Assembly (NCBI RefSeq): GCF_006345805.1
Contig: NC_042999.1
Span: 142,352,001 to 142,416,000 of the forward strand
Direction: 5' to 3'
Length of the DNA: 64,000 nt
Source of the DNA: Octopus sinensis
Taxonomy: Eukaryota
The translations under genes and the position numbers were made by a program. This document shows positions 49,301-62,725 of the stretch, piece by piece (the first letter of the stretch is position 1; every line of letters starts with the position of its first letter). The notes beneath the pieces were generated by a model. That model worked only from the letters and a program-made list of their open reading frames with translations, ran no database searches and was not told the DNA's origin.

Positions 49301-51644
49301 CAGGACAGTGGCCAAGGGAATGAAGTTCGATGCTTTATAGAGGTCAAAGTTTGAAATATTTCAGTCCAATTTTCAAACACTGTCCAACAGTCAAGTTTTG
49401 TAAGTTAAATAAAATACCAGTTCAATGGTAAGAAGCAGTTTTTAAATTTGTCTACTCACTCACATATCTATCATTGTTTTAAAATCCATTTTCCTATTCT
49501 GGCATGGTCAAACAAAATTCATTGAAGCAGATGTCTTTCCTGTCACTTGCAAAGTGAGGTAATATTTCCTCATGATCAGACACATTTTCATGGAAGATTG
49601 GAGATGAAGAAAACTGTTTGTATGACAGTGATACCCATTTATAACTATCACATGCTGTCAAGACAAGGAAACACAAACACACACAACATATATATAATTG
49701 TATGACAGGCTTCTATTAAATCATCCACTGCAAAGCTTTGGTTGGCCCAGGGCTACAGTAGAAGATTCATGTTAAGCTTAAGACACCAAATTAATGATTG
49801 CAAAACACAAATTCAATTACATTTGACTTTTGGTTTCTGATTTTATATTTATAAAAAGAAAAACGAAAATCAAGAGAATTTTAAGATTTAATTTTATAGA
49901 TTTTTTTAAAAAACAGGAATATCAATTTCAAATTACAAATATGTTTCCAAGAATTCAGAATAAATAAAATACTAAATGTCATGTAGAAACTAAAGTGGAT
50001 GCATTTATCTTTGATTTACAAAAACAAATCAAAAGAAAATAGTAAAATATTTTTTTAAATTTCTGTTGGTTATGTCATCCTTGTATTTATATTTTAACCA
50101 TCCATATGGTTATTCAAATTGATTTTTGTAAATTGTTAATTAAATATTCATGTGCTTAATTAGGTGTGAATCATGGAGATGAAATAGTTGTGGAGTTTGG
50201 GTCTTTCCCAAGTAGATTATCATGGTCAATGAAGCTGTACCAACCAGAATTTTAGACAAGTCATGGATTCTGTTAGCTATGCATTCAACATTGAACCATG
50301 CCTCATATAATAAAGATTTCTTACATTGACACAAAGCTTCACTATTGTAGAAGAGGTATACATTGAACTAACCCCTATACACAAGTACTTACTTTGTCAA
50401 TACCAAGTGAAGTGAAAGACAAAAAGTGTCCTTCGCAGGATTTCAACCCAGAATGAAGTGAGACATAGTTAAATACTGCAAAATATTTAGTCCAGAGCAT
50501 TATTTCTGTAATTTCTCCAATCTATTAATAATGTTTTCTAATATAGGTACAAGGCCTCAAATTTAAAGAATAGGTATAATTTTAATCAAACCCAGTACTT
50601 GACTGGTACTTTGTCACTCTAAGAAGGATGAAAGGCAAAGTTGACTTGACTCTGATCATATCTGAACACAGAATGTAAAGAACCAGAATTAAAAACTGAA
50701 AAGTATTTTGTCTGATGCTCTACTGAATTAATAAAAGGGATTTCTAACATTAACACATGATTAGAAATTTCTTTAGGGGATGTGTGTGTGTGTTTGAGGA
50801 GGGATACAGTCAATTCAATACCAGTATATTACTGGTGCTCATTTTATCAACCCCAGAAGGATGAAAAACAAAACTGACCCCAAATTTCAAACACTAACAC
50901 ATAGCCAGAATTTATAATCAATTAAATCGAACCAATTACTAGATTGGCATAGCATTTTATTGATTTCCAGAGGGATTGTAGCCCAGAGTGCAAAGAAACA
51001 TAGTTAAATAAGCATAAGGCATTTTCCTCAGCACTCTACTGATTTTGCCAATTGCAGCCCTTATTTCAAAATAATAAAAGCTGGAAAGTGTGGAGACAGT
51101 ATATCAAAACATATAAAGACACATGACATATGTTTGGAAATGGTTTAGGGAGGGATGGAATAAATCTTAATGAAAATGTAACAATGATGTGAATAATTAA
51201 TTTGAAATTTTGTTGATGAGACAAATTGATCAAATGAGCTTTGGAACCTCTAATTCATTGGCACTAAGATAGAATCCTTGTTAGGATATCTCCAAAGACA
51301 AAACTAAATAGCTTTTCCATCTTTCACTGAGTTATTATACATTTATATTTTTCTGCATATATTTTATCTCCTCGTTACAAGAAGATTTAGATTTCTTATT
51401 AAATAAATAAACTGATGTACTCTGTCATCCTCAAATATAGATTTTGTGTCAAAATTTAATGATTTTCTTATTTGTTTTAACTTAGTTCTTATTGTTCTTT
51501 CGCTTATAACCGAGAAACATTTTATGTATGTATGTATATATATATATACATACATACATACATACATACATACACACCCACTAAACTGTAATTTGGTAGT
51601 TCCAGTGACCAGCACTTGTTTGTTGGGGTCAAGGCTCAGGTCAT

Positions 51645-54600
51645 CTAGATCTTATATATATCCGTTTGTATAGCTTGAACAACACCCTCCCCTGAGAGAC
51701 TATGTTCTGATCCTGTTTTCAAACTTGTGTTATGTAATAAATGGCTTCCACCATTTGATTCACTTATTGTGTCCGTATCTTCACCTTGGCACCCTATCAA
51801 TGAAAAAATAAATAAAGATAAAATACAAATTTCTGATAATTTTCAGCCTTCATTTAGTTATAATTACAGTAATTCCAAACTATTCCAAGCAAAAAGACAA
51901 CCTGAAAATACCATTTAATTCAAAACTCTACCTTCACAAGATGCAATTTTTCTTTGCCGTTTATGATCGCATGGTTCATGCCCATGTAAAGATGTCCGAT
52001 GTCTCATCTGTAAAGCACTCCATTTTTGCTGTTCCTGTAGAAATCTTGACATGGAATACCCAGGAATCTAGAAATAAAATAAATCACAAAGAAAATTGAT
52101 TAATAACACAACTATGTAACTGGAGAAAGAAAAAATAAGCTATAAATTAAATCTTGTTTACTTTGAAACTTTATTCTAACTTAAATGATATTTGAGGCGT
52201 TACAAAACGCAACTTGATGAGGCACAGATATTTAGGTTAAAGAACAGGTAAAAATAACCAAGGGAAAGAGAAATAGTACATGAAAGGATTTGCAAATTGA
52301 GGTCTAGTTTTGTAGTTTTCAGTTTCAGAATCAAATCATCATGAATCAGAATGAAAGGTCACTCATGTACAACACAAATATACATGAAAAAATCTATATG
52401 CAGTTGCTCACTTTGCAAGAAATAGCAACCAAACTTCCCCAACTATTGTAAAAAATAGGAGACATTCGACAATGTAGTTTGGACACATCCCCAACTAAAG
52501 AGGCTATAATTCTGTATCCCAATGATATCGAAAGCAAGAAGTTAATATGATTTTACCTTTCCTTTTAATTTTCTTCGCCCTGAACGGATTTGTCTTCCAC
52601 ACTAAAATGTACATAAAAAAAAAAAGCTATCAAAACAGCATTGGAAAAGAAATAAATAAATTTTTCTCTCTAGTTTTTACATATATGAGATAAAATGAGA
52701 TCAAATTGATTGGACAGTTAAACTCACTGATGATATTTAAATATTTAAACTCGCTGATGATATTTAAATATTTAAACTGGAACCTTGTGATTTTCATTAA
52801 CAGGTTTGTGAGTACAGTTCTAACCCAAGAGAAGATGAATATATAAACAAGTAAAGCAGCTGAAGTGATCAGATAATATATCAACTGAGATTGTTTAATA
52901 TAGAACAGGAAATTGGTACAAGACGAGCATTTTTCAGCAGGAAGCCCATGCCCCAAACAATTGGAAAAAGTACATATAGATAATTTCTTGTGTGCAGTTT
53001 TTGACATCTTTATTAAGAAACATTTCTCATGGTCCCAGCAGACAAAATGGAAAACGTGTTGCCCCAGAGGATGGCAAGGAATGGCCACTCTTACTCACAG
53101 GGCTTGCACTTGTAGACAGTCATCTCTGTCCCGACAGCAGTGAGTGGGAATATGGTTCAGGGACCAAGAATACCAGAGGTCTCCACTGTCATAGGCTTGA
53201 CCATAAACCTGTCAGAGAGCAACTAATACCTTGAGTAAATATAAATATATTATCATCACCATTGTCTAATGTCCATCTTTCATGCATGCATGGGTAGGAC
53301 AGATGACAGGCGCCTGCCAGGTAGAAAAAAATTATCCTAGGCTCCTGTGTCTGTTTGGCAGAGATTTTACAGTTGGATATCCTTCCTAACACCAACCATA
53401 CCACAGGAAAATGGAATTAATAGCATAATCAGTGTTTATGCTATTTTATTTACTACTTTATTTAATTTTAATAAAGTAGTATTTATAAATAGTACTTTAT
53501 TTAAGTTCTTATTAACACAGAGAACTTTTAATGTTGATAAACTAGAGTGGGCAGTGAATGTTTGAAGTTAAAATTTCAGGATAATCTTTTGCCTTCTACC
53601 ATTTAGTGATCAATAAAACAAGTAACGGTAACAGCTTTTATTTAATGAAACTCCACCACTCAATAAAATTTGGTCTTTTGTCTAATTAAAATCAATCAAT
53701 CAATAAAAGGAAATTATAAAAAAAGCAAATATCTAACTTTAAAATATGGAAGTTTAAAAAAATATTTGATTCAATTTTCTGATTAGAATTATAAAGAATG
53801 GTACATAAAGTATCTTGTGAACTTGCTACTGGGTCAGCCACTGCATCTTTGGGTGACAAATTGTTCTTGAATACTAAAGTTTAATATAAGTAGAATATGA
53901 AGAATTTTAGCTAGTGTTGATTCAACATGTTTCTAGGAATACTGGCTCTATATTGATAAGTATAATTACAAATGACAGCAACTGTCTTCAAAAAATTGTT
54001 GTCTACTATGGTACTCCAAGTGGACCAAGTTTCACATGAACTGTGTGCTCTAAGTACTGGTATTTTCAGCTGTGAAACTTGGATTGTATAAATTCAGATT
54101 ATCTGCTATTTGAAAATATTTGACAAATGGTGTTTGAAAAGAATATTGTGTGAGCCTTCCCTAAAACAGTAGCTTCTGCAAGAACAATAAAGCTAACATC
54201 TATACTTAAAACTCCCTCTGTAAGACTTCATTATGTTGCTGTTAATTTGAATCCATATTTAACTTGGATGGTGGACAGCTGAAGATATGGCAGGTGATCA
54301 AAGCAGATCTTATACTTGACAGCATGTTTAAATCTCTACATTCATCACTGATGAAATATTGACCAGCTTCAAATCCAGCCAAAAATGTGCACAATTTAAA
54401 GATGGTAACAAAGTTTGAACTCAGTAACCCTTGCATCAGTGCTCCAAAATCTTAATTTTTTTCTGATTGTATACCAGTTACAATACATGATACCAAATAT
54501 AGAGATGATAATATCTGGTTTTCTTACCATTAACTTTTTAACTCTGGCAGTATAACTTAGCTGTGAAGATTTTGGGAGATGTTCAAATGTCCCTGTGAAA

Positions 54601-57600
54601 ATCTTTTGAAACTCATCCTCTTTGTCTTCATCATCCATCTTATCTGTTTCCCAAATAGGAATAATGCTTGGTACTCCACATGCAGACCCTGGTTCATAGT
54701 AGAAATCACTCTGTTCGTCATCAGCTGTAATTAATAATAGGAAAATAGAATCAGTTCAAACCTGCTTGAATCCAAATTAACCCTTAATTGCACTTATGTC
54801 AGATAACCACTTTCATTTTCCAATCTAGTTTAGCTGGGGGTCTAGCAACAACCATGAGCAATATCCTTCCTTCTTTGTTGAACAAAAATATTAAAAGCTA
54901 TCCTTTAAAAACAATATATGGAGCAATTATCAATCTATGTATTTAACTCAAGTAAATATGATATATATATATAAAAGAAAAAGTTAATTGATAACTTTTT
55001 CCAGTCAGATGCATTCTTAATTGGTGATTAATACTTTTAATTTCAAGAGAAAATTCCAATGAAACACTTACCACTTCTATATATAGAATCAATTTATTCT
55101 TGTTTCATGGAATCTATCAATAGGAAAGTAGAACAGGCTAGCCACAATTAAGGAACTCTGACATAAGTAGAATATGAAGTTAGATCCTACATTGACACCC
55201 TATTACATGGTCAGCAGTAGCTAATGAAGAATTATACATTTATAATGGATTTAGGAAATAGTTTCATATGAACATGAACAATATAAACCTACCTTCCAAA
55301 TACTTAATAAAAAGGTTTCCTTTTTCAGTTTATTTTAGAATGCTACAGGTTTATCCAGTTACTGAAATAGTGTATCACACAAACCTAATATTATCTAGTA
55401 AGAAAAATAATAGTGACACTTAAACAATGGTACAACTTTGAAGTGCAGTCTTACCTTCTCTAGATTCATCATTGGTAATTAAACCTGCATCACTCTCGCT
55501 GCTACTTAATGAACTGCTAGTATTGTCACTGAAAGATAAAGAAAATGGTTTAATTTTACTAAGTTTAAGGCAACTCCAGAACAGATAAATATTAAGCAGG
55601 AAATTGAAATGTCTGCAATAGATTTGAATTCACAACCCATGAATTTGTAATTCAATACCTTGTCAACTTAATCATTTTTTCTTTCAAATAAATAAGTATA
55701 ACAATAAGCAGGTATGTTATTCATGTTTGCACAGGTATGGTGGTATGGTTAAGAAGTTCACTTTGCAACCACATAGTTCTGAGTTCACTCCCTCTGTGCG
55801 TCACTTTTGGCAAGTGTCTTTTACTATAGCCCCAGGCCACCAATGCCTTGAAAATGAATTCGGTGGATGAAAACTGCATGGATGTCTAGCATATGTATGT
55901 GCATGAATATTGACATTGTATGACACAGCTTGGCTCACCAAAATGGTGATAAGTTTACATTCCTTGCCTTGTTGATAGTATGACAGGTCACTTTGTGCTT
56001 CTGAAAACCTGTAGAAGAGAAAAAACCCTTACTTGAAAATCAGGTAAGAGTTTGCAACAGAAAGAGCATCTGGTCTTAAAATCCTACCTCAAATATGTTC
56101 CTTGGCCAATTCATGATATCAAAGAAAAACATATTGAATGCACAAATTACTCAAAGATATATAGTTTAAGTATAATTTCTTTTGAAGGATAAGCTGGCTG
56201 GCTTGATCACATCATGCTCTCATTTTAAAGTTTTGTTAAACATTTGTGGATAGAATGCATCATGAATTGTTAAGGGTGGGTACTTATAAAAGTGGTAGGC
56301 TAAGGAAAATGTTTCAGATTTGAAATTGTTAGACCCCCAAAATAAATGAATATAGGATGGAAATGTATGGAGAGATGTTTGACTAGATTTATCCAATCCA
56401 TTCCAGCACTGGAAATGAATGGTTGGAGAGGTAGATGGATGGATATTAAAACTTCAAGATATGAGTTCCAAGTATCACAATCTGCAGATTTTACCTTCTA
56501 TCTAGTGAATTTGCAAATTACCAAAACCAATTTAGTAACCATGTGTGGAAAAGACAATATGTATTCCTGACAATATGACTATACCTTCATTTTTCTAACA
56601 AATTCAAGAAAGAAATGAAATAATAAGAACATAAAGACAGATGAACCATCATGGCATGTTCCTAGCTATTTAATTTGCATTTATAGACAATATAAATTCA
56701 TTACTATGGTATACAACTAAAACAAAATGTATGACAGTTTTAATAATTACTGACCATAAACTAAGATAGGACCAATAAAGAAACCAATCTAAAGGAATGG
56801 TTATTAAGTATTTTTATATGTCAATATAAAATTAGTTGTGTTTTATTTATCACCCAGAGCAGTTTAGTATTCGTAATGACCTCGAGAATTCTAGTTGTGT
56901 GCTTTACATGTTTAGAGGGGATGGGATAAAAAATTGTTTTCTTGATATATGTAGTGAATGTATCTTTGGGCTGTTGAAGGCCCCAGGATTGGCTAATATG
57001 ACCTCATTGGAGAAAGTTTTGGAAGACTCTCTTTATCAAGTCATCGACAAATTTGTCATTAGGAGTCTTAGTCATATGTGGATGATGTTTGGTGCAGAAT
57101 GTGAGTGTAGTATCATCAGTACAAGTGTGAGTGTAGCTGAATGTAACAGCAGGGAGGTTGTTGATGCTATCATAATAATTTCAACAATATTCAACAATAG
57201 TAAGAAATAATAAGAGCATTCAGAGAGCATGAGACCTTTTGGTTTTCTCTTCTTTTAAATTCCAGCCTTCCTTTAGTATTCCTGTTGTTTTAGAATGATG
57301 TATAGATGTATGTATATATGTAAATATACTGTAAAGTGTTAATATGTATGTATAATATATTATAAAAATATGCTAGTGTTATTTAATTTTTGAACGGTTT
57401 CGCTACCATTTATTTATGTACTTTGATTTCTTTATCCATCAATTTCTACTAAGATAGAGATGTGAGTAAAATTAATAATAGACGAAAATAAAACTTTGGG
57501 AACAACCTAAAGGGAGATAATTGAGAAAAATTTGAAAGTTAACGCAAGATTGTAATCATGCAAAGTAAAGTAAATATAACAAATAATCCAGAATCTTTGT

Positions 57601-60600
57601 CTGGTACTGGATTGATCCCAAAATCTAATCAGTTCATGCCAGTCACAAGGCCAAATATCCCTGAAAGTTTCATCCAAATCTATCCAGTGGTTCTTGAGAT
57701 ATCTTGTCCACGGACAAACACACAAACATGACTGAAGACAATACCTTTGCCTTCACTAAGGCGGAGGTAATAATAACGATATTTAATAACCGACTTTTAA
57801 ACATTTACATATTTGTTTCACTTATTCAGGATATCCATGAACCAGAAAAGTACAAAAATAAACTTGAGTATTCCAAGTAAGCAAAACGAATTTGTAAATG
57901 TTTAAAAATCACTTTTTAGGAGCGATTATAATGTATTTCTCTCTTCAATTACTGAACAGCATAATTTTAGAGAAAACACTTCTTATAAGGATGAAAAAGT
58001 ATATTCAAAAGTATAGCAAACTGCATGGTGCCATGAAAAAAAAAGCACCCAGTACACTCTGTAAAGTAGTTGATGTTAGGAAGGGCATCAAACTGTAGAC
58101 AATGGAGTACAATGCAGTCCTTGGATCCATCAGATCCTGTTAAACCATCCAAACCATGCCAATATGGAACATGAAGATTAAATGATGCTAATAATGACTG
58201 TGAAATACAAAACATTTAAAACATAATGAGGGCTGTAGCATTAAGGATGTGTAGGAGGGTAGCTGATATTGTTGTCAGCTGGTTTTTAAGTTTTCCAGTA
58301 GTTACTTGGATCTGTGCATACAAAAGGAGATCAATTCTGATGTAAGCTCAAACCTGATCCAGTATGATATGTATGTACACAAGCAACAAACATTGACTGG
58401 ATAAAATATTCAAAAGAAGGTGCAGAGCCAAATATTTATTAAAAAGGTTGACTGTTCCTTTGTAGTTTGATGGAAGTATTTTTCGAAAACAATGTGTGTG
58501 TATGTAGAGGAGAGTGTTATCACGACAATTTCAATCTATTTTTTCCATGCTTGTATAGGTTTAACAGGTCTTCTTTAGCACACATACGACATGCTTTTTT
58601 TTTCAGTTTTCATCAACTAAATTCACTGAAAGTCTTTGGCAGTCTAGAGTTATAGCAAAAGACACCTGCCCATGGTGCTGCAGGGTGGAACTAAACTCAA
58701 AACACATGGCTGTGAAGCAAACTTCTAAACCAAACAGCTATGTCTGTGTCTAATTATACCAGGTTTTTGAATTATAAAGTAAGCTTCAGTTTTTGAATAC
58801 TATCACTAATTATAACATATTAAGAAAACATTTCTTTTTAAAGAATATTTTTGCTTATTTGTAATCATGTTTTAACGTTTCACTAACGAGATTGCTTTCA
58901 TGATAAAATGTGAAAGAATACTATTATACTTTCATTATTCTGGATCTTTACATTTTGAATTTAAGTCTTACTGAGGTCAATTTTGCCTTTCATCTGTTTG
59001 GGATTGATAAAATAAAGTACCAGCCTAGTACCAGGGTCAATGATATTGACTATCATCTCTAAATTGTTGGCCTCATGCATAAATCAGAAACCATTGCTGA
59101 ATATACATTACTTTTATCATTTGGCTCAGGAAGATTGTGATTTGGTGGAATCGTTAGACTGTCAGATTAATTATCTCATGATATTTGTTCCAGCCCTTTA
59201 TGTTTTGAGTTCAAATGCTACTGAGGTCAACTATATCATTTATCCTTTGGGGTGGATAAAGTAAAGTATCAAGTGTTAGTGTTGATGGTATTGACGTATT
59301 TCCTTCCCCTCAAAAGAGCAGACCTTATGCATTAATTAGAATCCATTATTTGGCTCCAGATAAAAAGTGAAAGATGTATCTGTAATGAGAAACCTCATCA
59401 ACTGATGAAGGTTGTCTGATGTGTGGTTATTGGAAACTGAAATTATTAAGTCTGAGTATTTAGCTCTGGAAAAATTCTCTGAAAGAAATTCTTCAAAAAT
59501 GAGTATTGAACTATACTAATGCTTTCGTTTCTGATTACATATTAGTTTAATTATTAGACTCACTAATTGACTTTTTTTTTTGTCTTGAAGCAAAAAGAAA
59601 ATCAAAATGCAACATTGAAGTTGTGAACTTTTTTTTTTTTGTCGGAATTATAGAAGCTAAAGAAATTTTCTTGGTAATAAATAATAATAATAATAATAAT
59701 AAAAGTGGAAGAATGTTAGTACGAAAAACAGAATAGTTAAATCCTTCACCCATCCTCATTCAGGCAAATTACGAGGATCAAAGACCCCTGTTTACATCCC
59801 GAAATAGATATGGTTAAGAATGAATAAGGTCAGTCCTCTTCTAAATATAGATATTGTTCAGAAGGACAGAGTATGAACTGAAAAATTCAACAGAATCAAT
59901 GAATGGATACCAGTTGTTGATATTTTGAAGGTTTCTAACATGAAAGTAAACGTTAATGAATGAAGTCACAACATTTTTCTTTTTGTTTTTTTTGTTTTGT
60001 TTTTGAGAGAGAAAGAGAGAACAGGTGTAGGCAATGAAACTCTACAACACATACAAAAAAAAAAAGGGAAAGGAAAATACCCCAACCCATCACGTATACA
60101 AACACGTGAGTAATTGGGAGAAGTAAACAAAAATAAAACATGATGGCTCGTGTTAACTTGCTGGAACCAGTTAGAGAGTTCCTTTACGGGTTCCAGTTAA
60201 CATTGCCCATGCTGGGGCACGATAACTCATGAAAACTTGTTGTCAACATATCAATAAACAAACACAGAATATACAAACAAATACAAGTAATCTTTCAACT
60301 TACTGATTGAAGGACGAAAGTTCGATTTTTCTGATATCACCACTGTTACTTCCATTCGTACAAAAAAAGTCATATTTGCGACTTCGTTTTCGTTTCCCCG
60401 GTAAAATGTTCATAGCGTCGTCTGACTCGGTTAAACATTTTAAATTCATGTTGCCATCGTGAAACATCCTCTGTCGCGTCGAGATCCGTGAACCCTTGGT
60501 TTTACATCGAGTCAAAGTAAAGTGGTCGCAGGAGATCGGGTCGACAGTCATACTGCGAAATTTTCTCCGTCTCCGTTGCGTGTCAGTCGGGGAAAAAGTT

Positions 60601-61016
60601 TCTGGTACGGAATCGGATTCCACAGGTGGAACCATAGCAGGAAGAGGAAGTCCTATTTGGGATAGATGTTTAACAACGTCCAAGTCATCCGAATCACTGT
60701 GCTGAACAACACTCTGGAGGTAGTCTTTAAAAGCTTCATCTAAACTGCTTTCTGAGGCTTCGCTGAAGTTGCCACTTTCCCATATCAAGTTGGTGTTCGA
60801 CCGCCGTTTTCGGGGTTTTTTCTTCTTGTAATGCCTTCTGATAATGGTCGGTGCCGAATTTTCTTCCCCATTGTTCCTGGATGTTTCTTCAAGAGCATTG
60901 GTTAAATCTTGAACTAATTCGTCCATTTTCTCTAAGTTACATGTAGACAAAACATGTAAGTTTTGGAACTCTCTTACGATGTAATTCTCCATTTGCTGCC
61001 TGCTTCCATCACACAT
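51645..61016 (-). CDS. GPATCH2: G-patch domain-containing protein 2 (GPATCH2/GPATCH2L-like), 6 coding exons, about 437 aa (407 aa from the MDELV start at 60926)
   Basis: Exons: 60304-61016 (MDELVQDLTNALEET...RKRRS...FSEASESSLDEA...SDSDD...ESDS...RRRRKF), 55455-55528 (SSSLSSSESDAGLITNDESRE), 54528-54724 (ADDEQSDFYYE...), 52557-52601 (CGRQIRSGRRKLKGK), 51932-52067 (IPGYSMSRFLQ...), 51645-51793 (G-patch-like segment, stop). All junctions are GT-AG and phase-compatible (1314 nt). The motifs match recalled GPATCH2/2L. An acceptor at 61023-61024 implies a 5' UTR exon further upstream. A missed small exon in the 4.8-kb first intron cannot be excluded. Confidence 0.88.
57490..57775 (-). mobile_element. 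Second HINE/DINE-like non-autonomous element
   Basis: The minus strand reads TTATTACCTCCGCC...GGTATTGTCTTCAGTCATGTTTGTGTGTTTGTCCGTGGACAAGATATCTCAAGAACCACTGGATAGATTTGGATGAAACTT, a typical DINE-like architecture with a short subterminal hairpin. Confidence 0.5.
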
Positions 61017-62297
61017 GTCAAACTATAAAACAAATAAAGAAAATCAAGAATATTCTAAAATTAGAAGAAGAAAACAAAAACAACAACAAAAAACAAAAAC
61101 AAAAAAAAAAAAACAAACGAAATAAACCCAAGAAAACTTTCCGAGCTATCGGATTGTTTTCTCCTCCTTATTTCAGTACGCAGAAATGAATCTCTACAAA
61201 AACATTACAAATAGATACTGAAGAAACCTCACAAACATTAAAACATGGAAGATTAAACAGACCACTTGCAGCAATCCAACATGCATAAACAAACACATGC
61301 ACCTACAACGATTAACCTCACCTCTTCATACAAATAAACATCAGTAAAGCGACCGACAAACGGAGAGAAAAATCTAAGCTGGTGTTTCATAACCTCTATA
61401 GTTTATCGTCATAGATATTACATAATAATAATAATAAAACGTATCGCACTATCTCCTTCATAAGCCCGAACTATTGCGACTGTAAGAAGTTGAAGGTGTA
61501 AAACGAATAAAATATTAGATTAATTGTAAGGGCCTTACACTCGATCATAGCACTATTATTGTTATAGAAAGTACAGCATCAGTGGTAAGTAGCAATAATG
61601 CACGCACAACTTCAAAAGAGATGCAATGTAAGCTCTATCTCCTCTCCATATGGTTATTTACGAAGACAACTAAATTCATACAAAGCTGGCCAATCGAAAT
61701 ACACAGCAGAATTCTTTATAGAATAGTTCAGGAATAACACGGTGGAAATCGAAGTTAACTGCTATTTGAAGCACTTTGCAAACTTGGAAAACCATTCAGA
61801 AAGTGTAAACATGGATGACTGGATTTAAGGTGAAAGTTAGATAATGACTGGATTTAGGACACTTGCTGCATTTATTCTTCACTTGACGATATACTTGACG
61901 GTAGCCTCAACGCGATCACTCGCCATGCTAGAAACAGTAGTCAAATCTCCCCATGATCATAAGATCATATTTGTAATCTTAGATATAGTGTTTTTAAATA
62001 AAAGAGGGAATGAGCACAGAACGTCCTTGATCAAAGGCTAAACAAGGGTGGGAGTCACTAAATGGTTGTACGATCAGCTAGAAAGAAGTAACATTAGATA
62101 ATGTGACCCGACAAAAAAAAAAAAAAAAAAAAGAGGGGGTGTTCAAGGCCAGATTATTTTTTATCATAACTTTTTCCAGTCCGACCTTGGGTCTAAACAA
62201 CAAATCATCCTTTGTATATCATGAATATTTGTGTCGCAAGCGAGGAAGCAGAATTATAGAAAACATTCCATATTAGAAAAGTTATAAAAAATTAAAA

Positions 62298-62725
62298 AAT
62301 TGCCGAATTTGTATAATATATATATATATATTTATATATATAGTATACAAATTCGACAATTATATATAGATACATATATATATAGGTCGCCCATACACAC
62401 ACAGAGAAATAAACACATTTTCTTTTAATCATTAGCGACTATTTTTGTCACTTGTCGAGCAAGTTCACAGGAGAGAAATAAAGAAACATTACATATTTCT
62501 CACGGATTGGACAAAGGTTTCACTTTTATATATATATAATATACAAATTCGGCAATTATATATACATATATAAATATATATAGATCGCCTATAAATACAC
62601 ACACACACAAATAAATACATTTTCTTTTAATCATTAATGACTATTTTTGTCACTTCTCGAGCAAGTTCACAGGAAACAAATAAACAAACATTAGATATTT
62701 CTCAAGGATTTCCTTGGACAAATGT
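62298..62725. repeat. 196-bp tandem duplication preceded by an 18-bp inverted repeat around a (TA)n loop
   Basis: TATACAAATTCG(A/G)CAATT at 62344 and 62540, with its reverse complement at 62298-62315. Confidence 0.8.

Noticed and set aside
56585-56594. Possible 10-nt GPATCH2 micro-exon (ttag|AAAAATGAAG|gtatag on the minus strand)
   Set aside because: It would shift the frame between otherwise phase-compatible exons.
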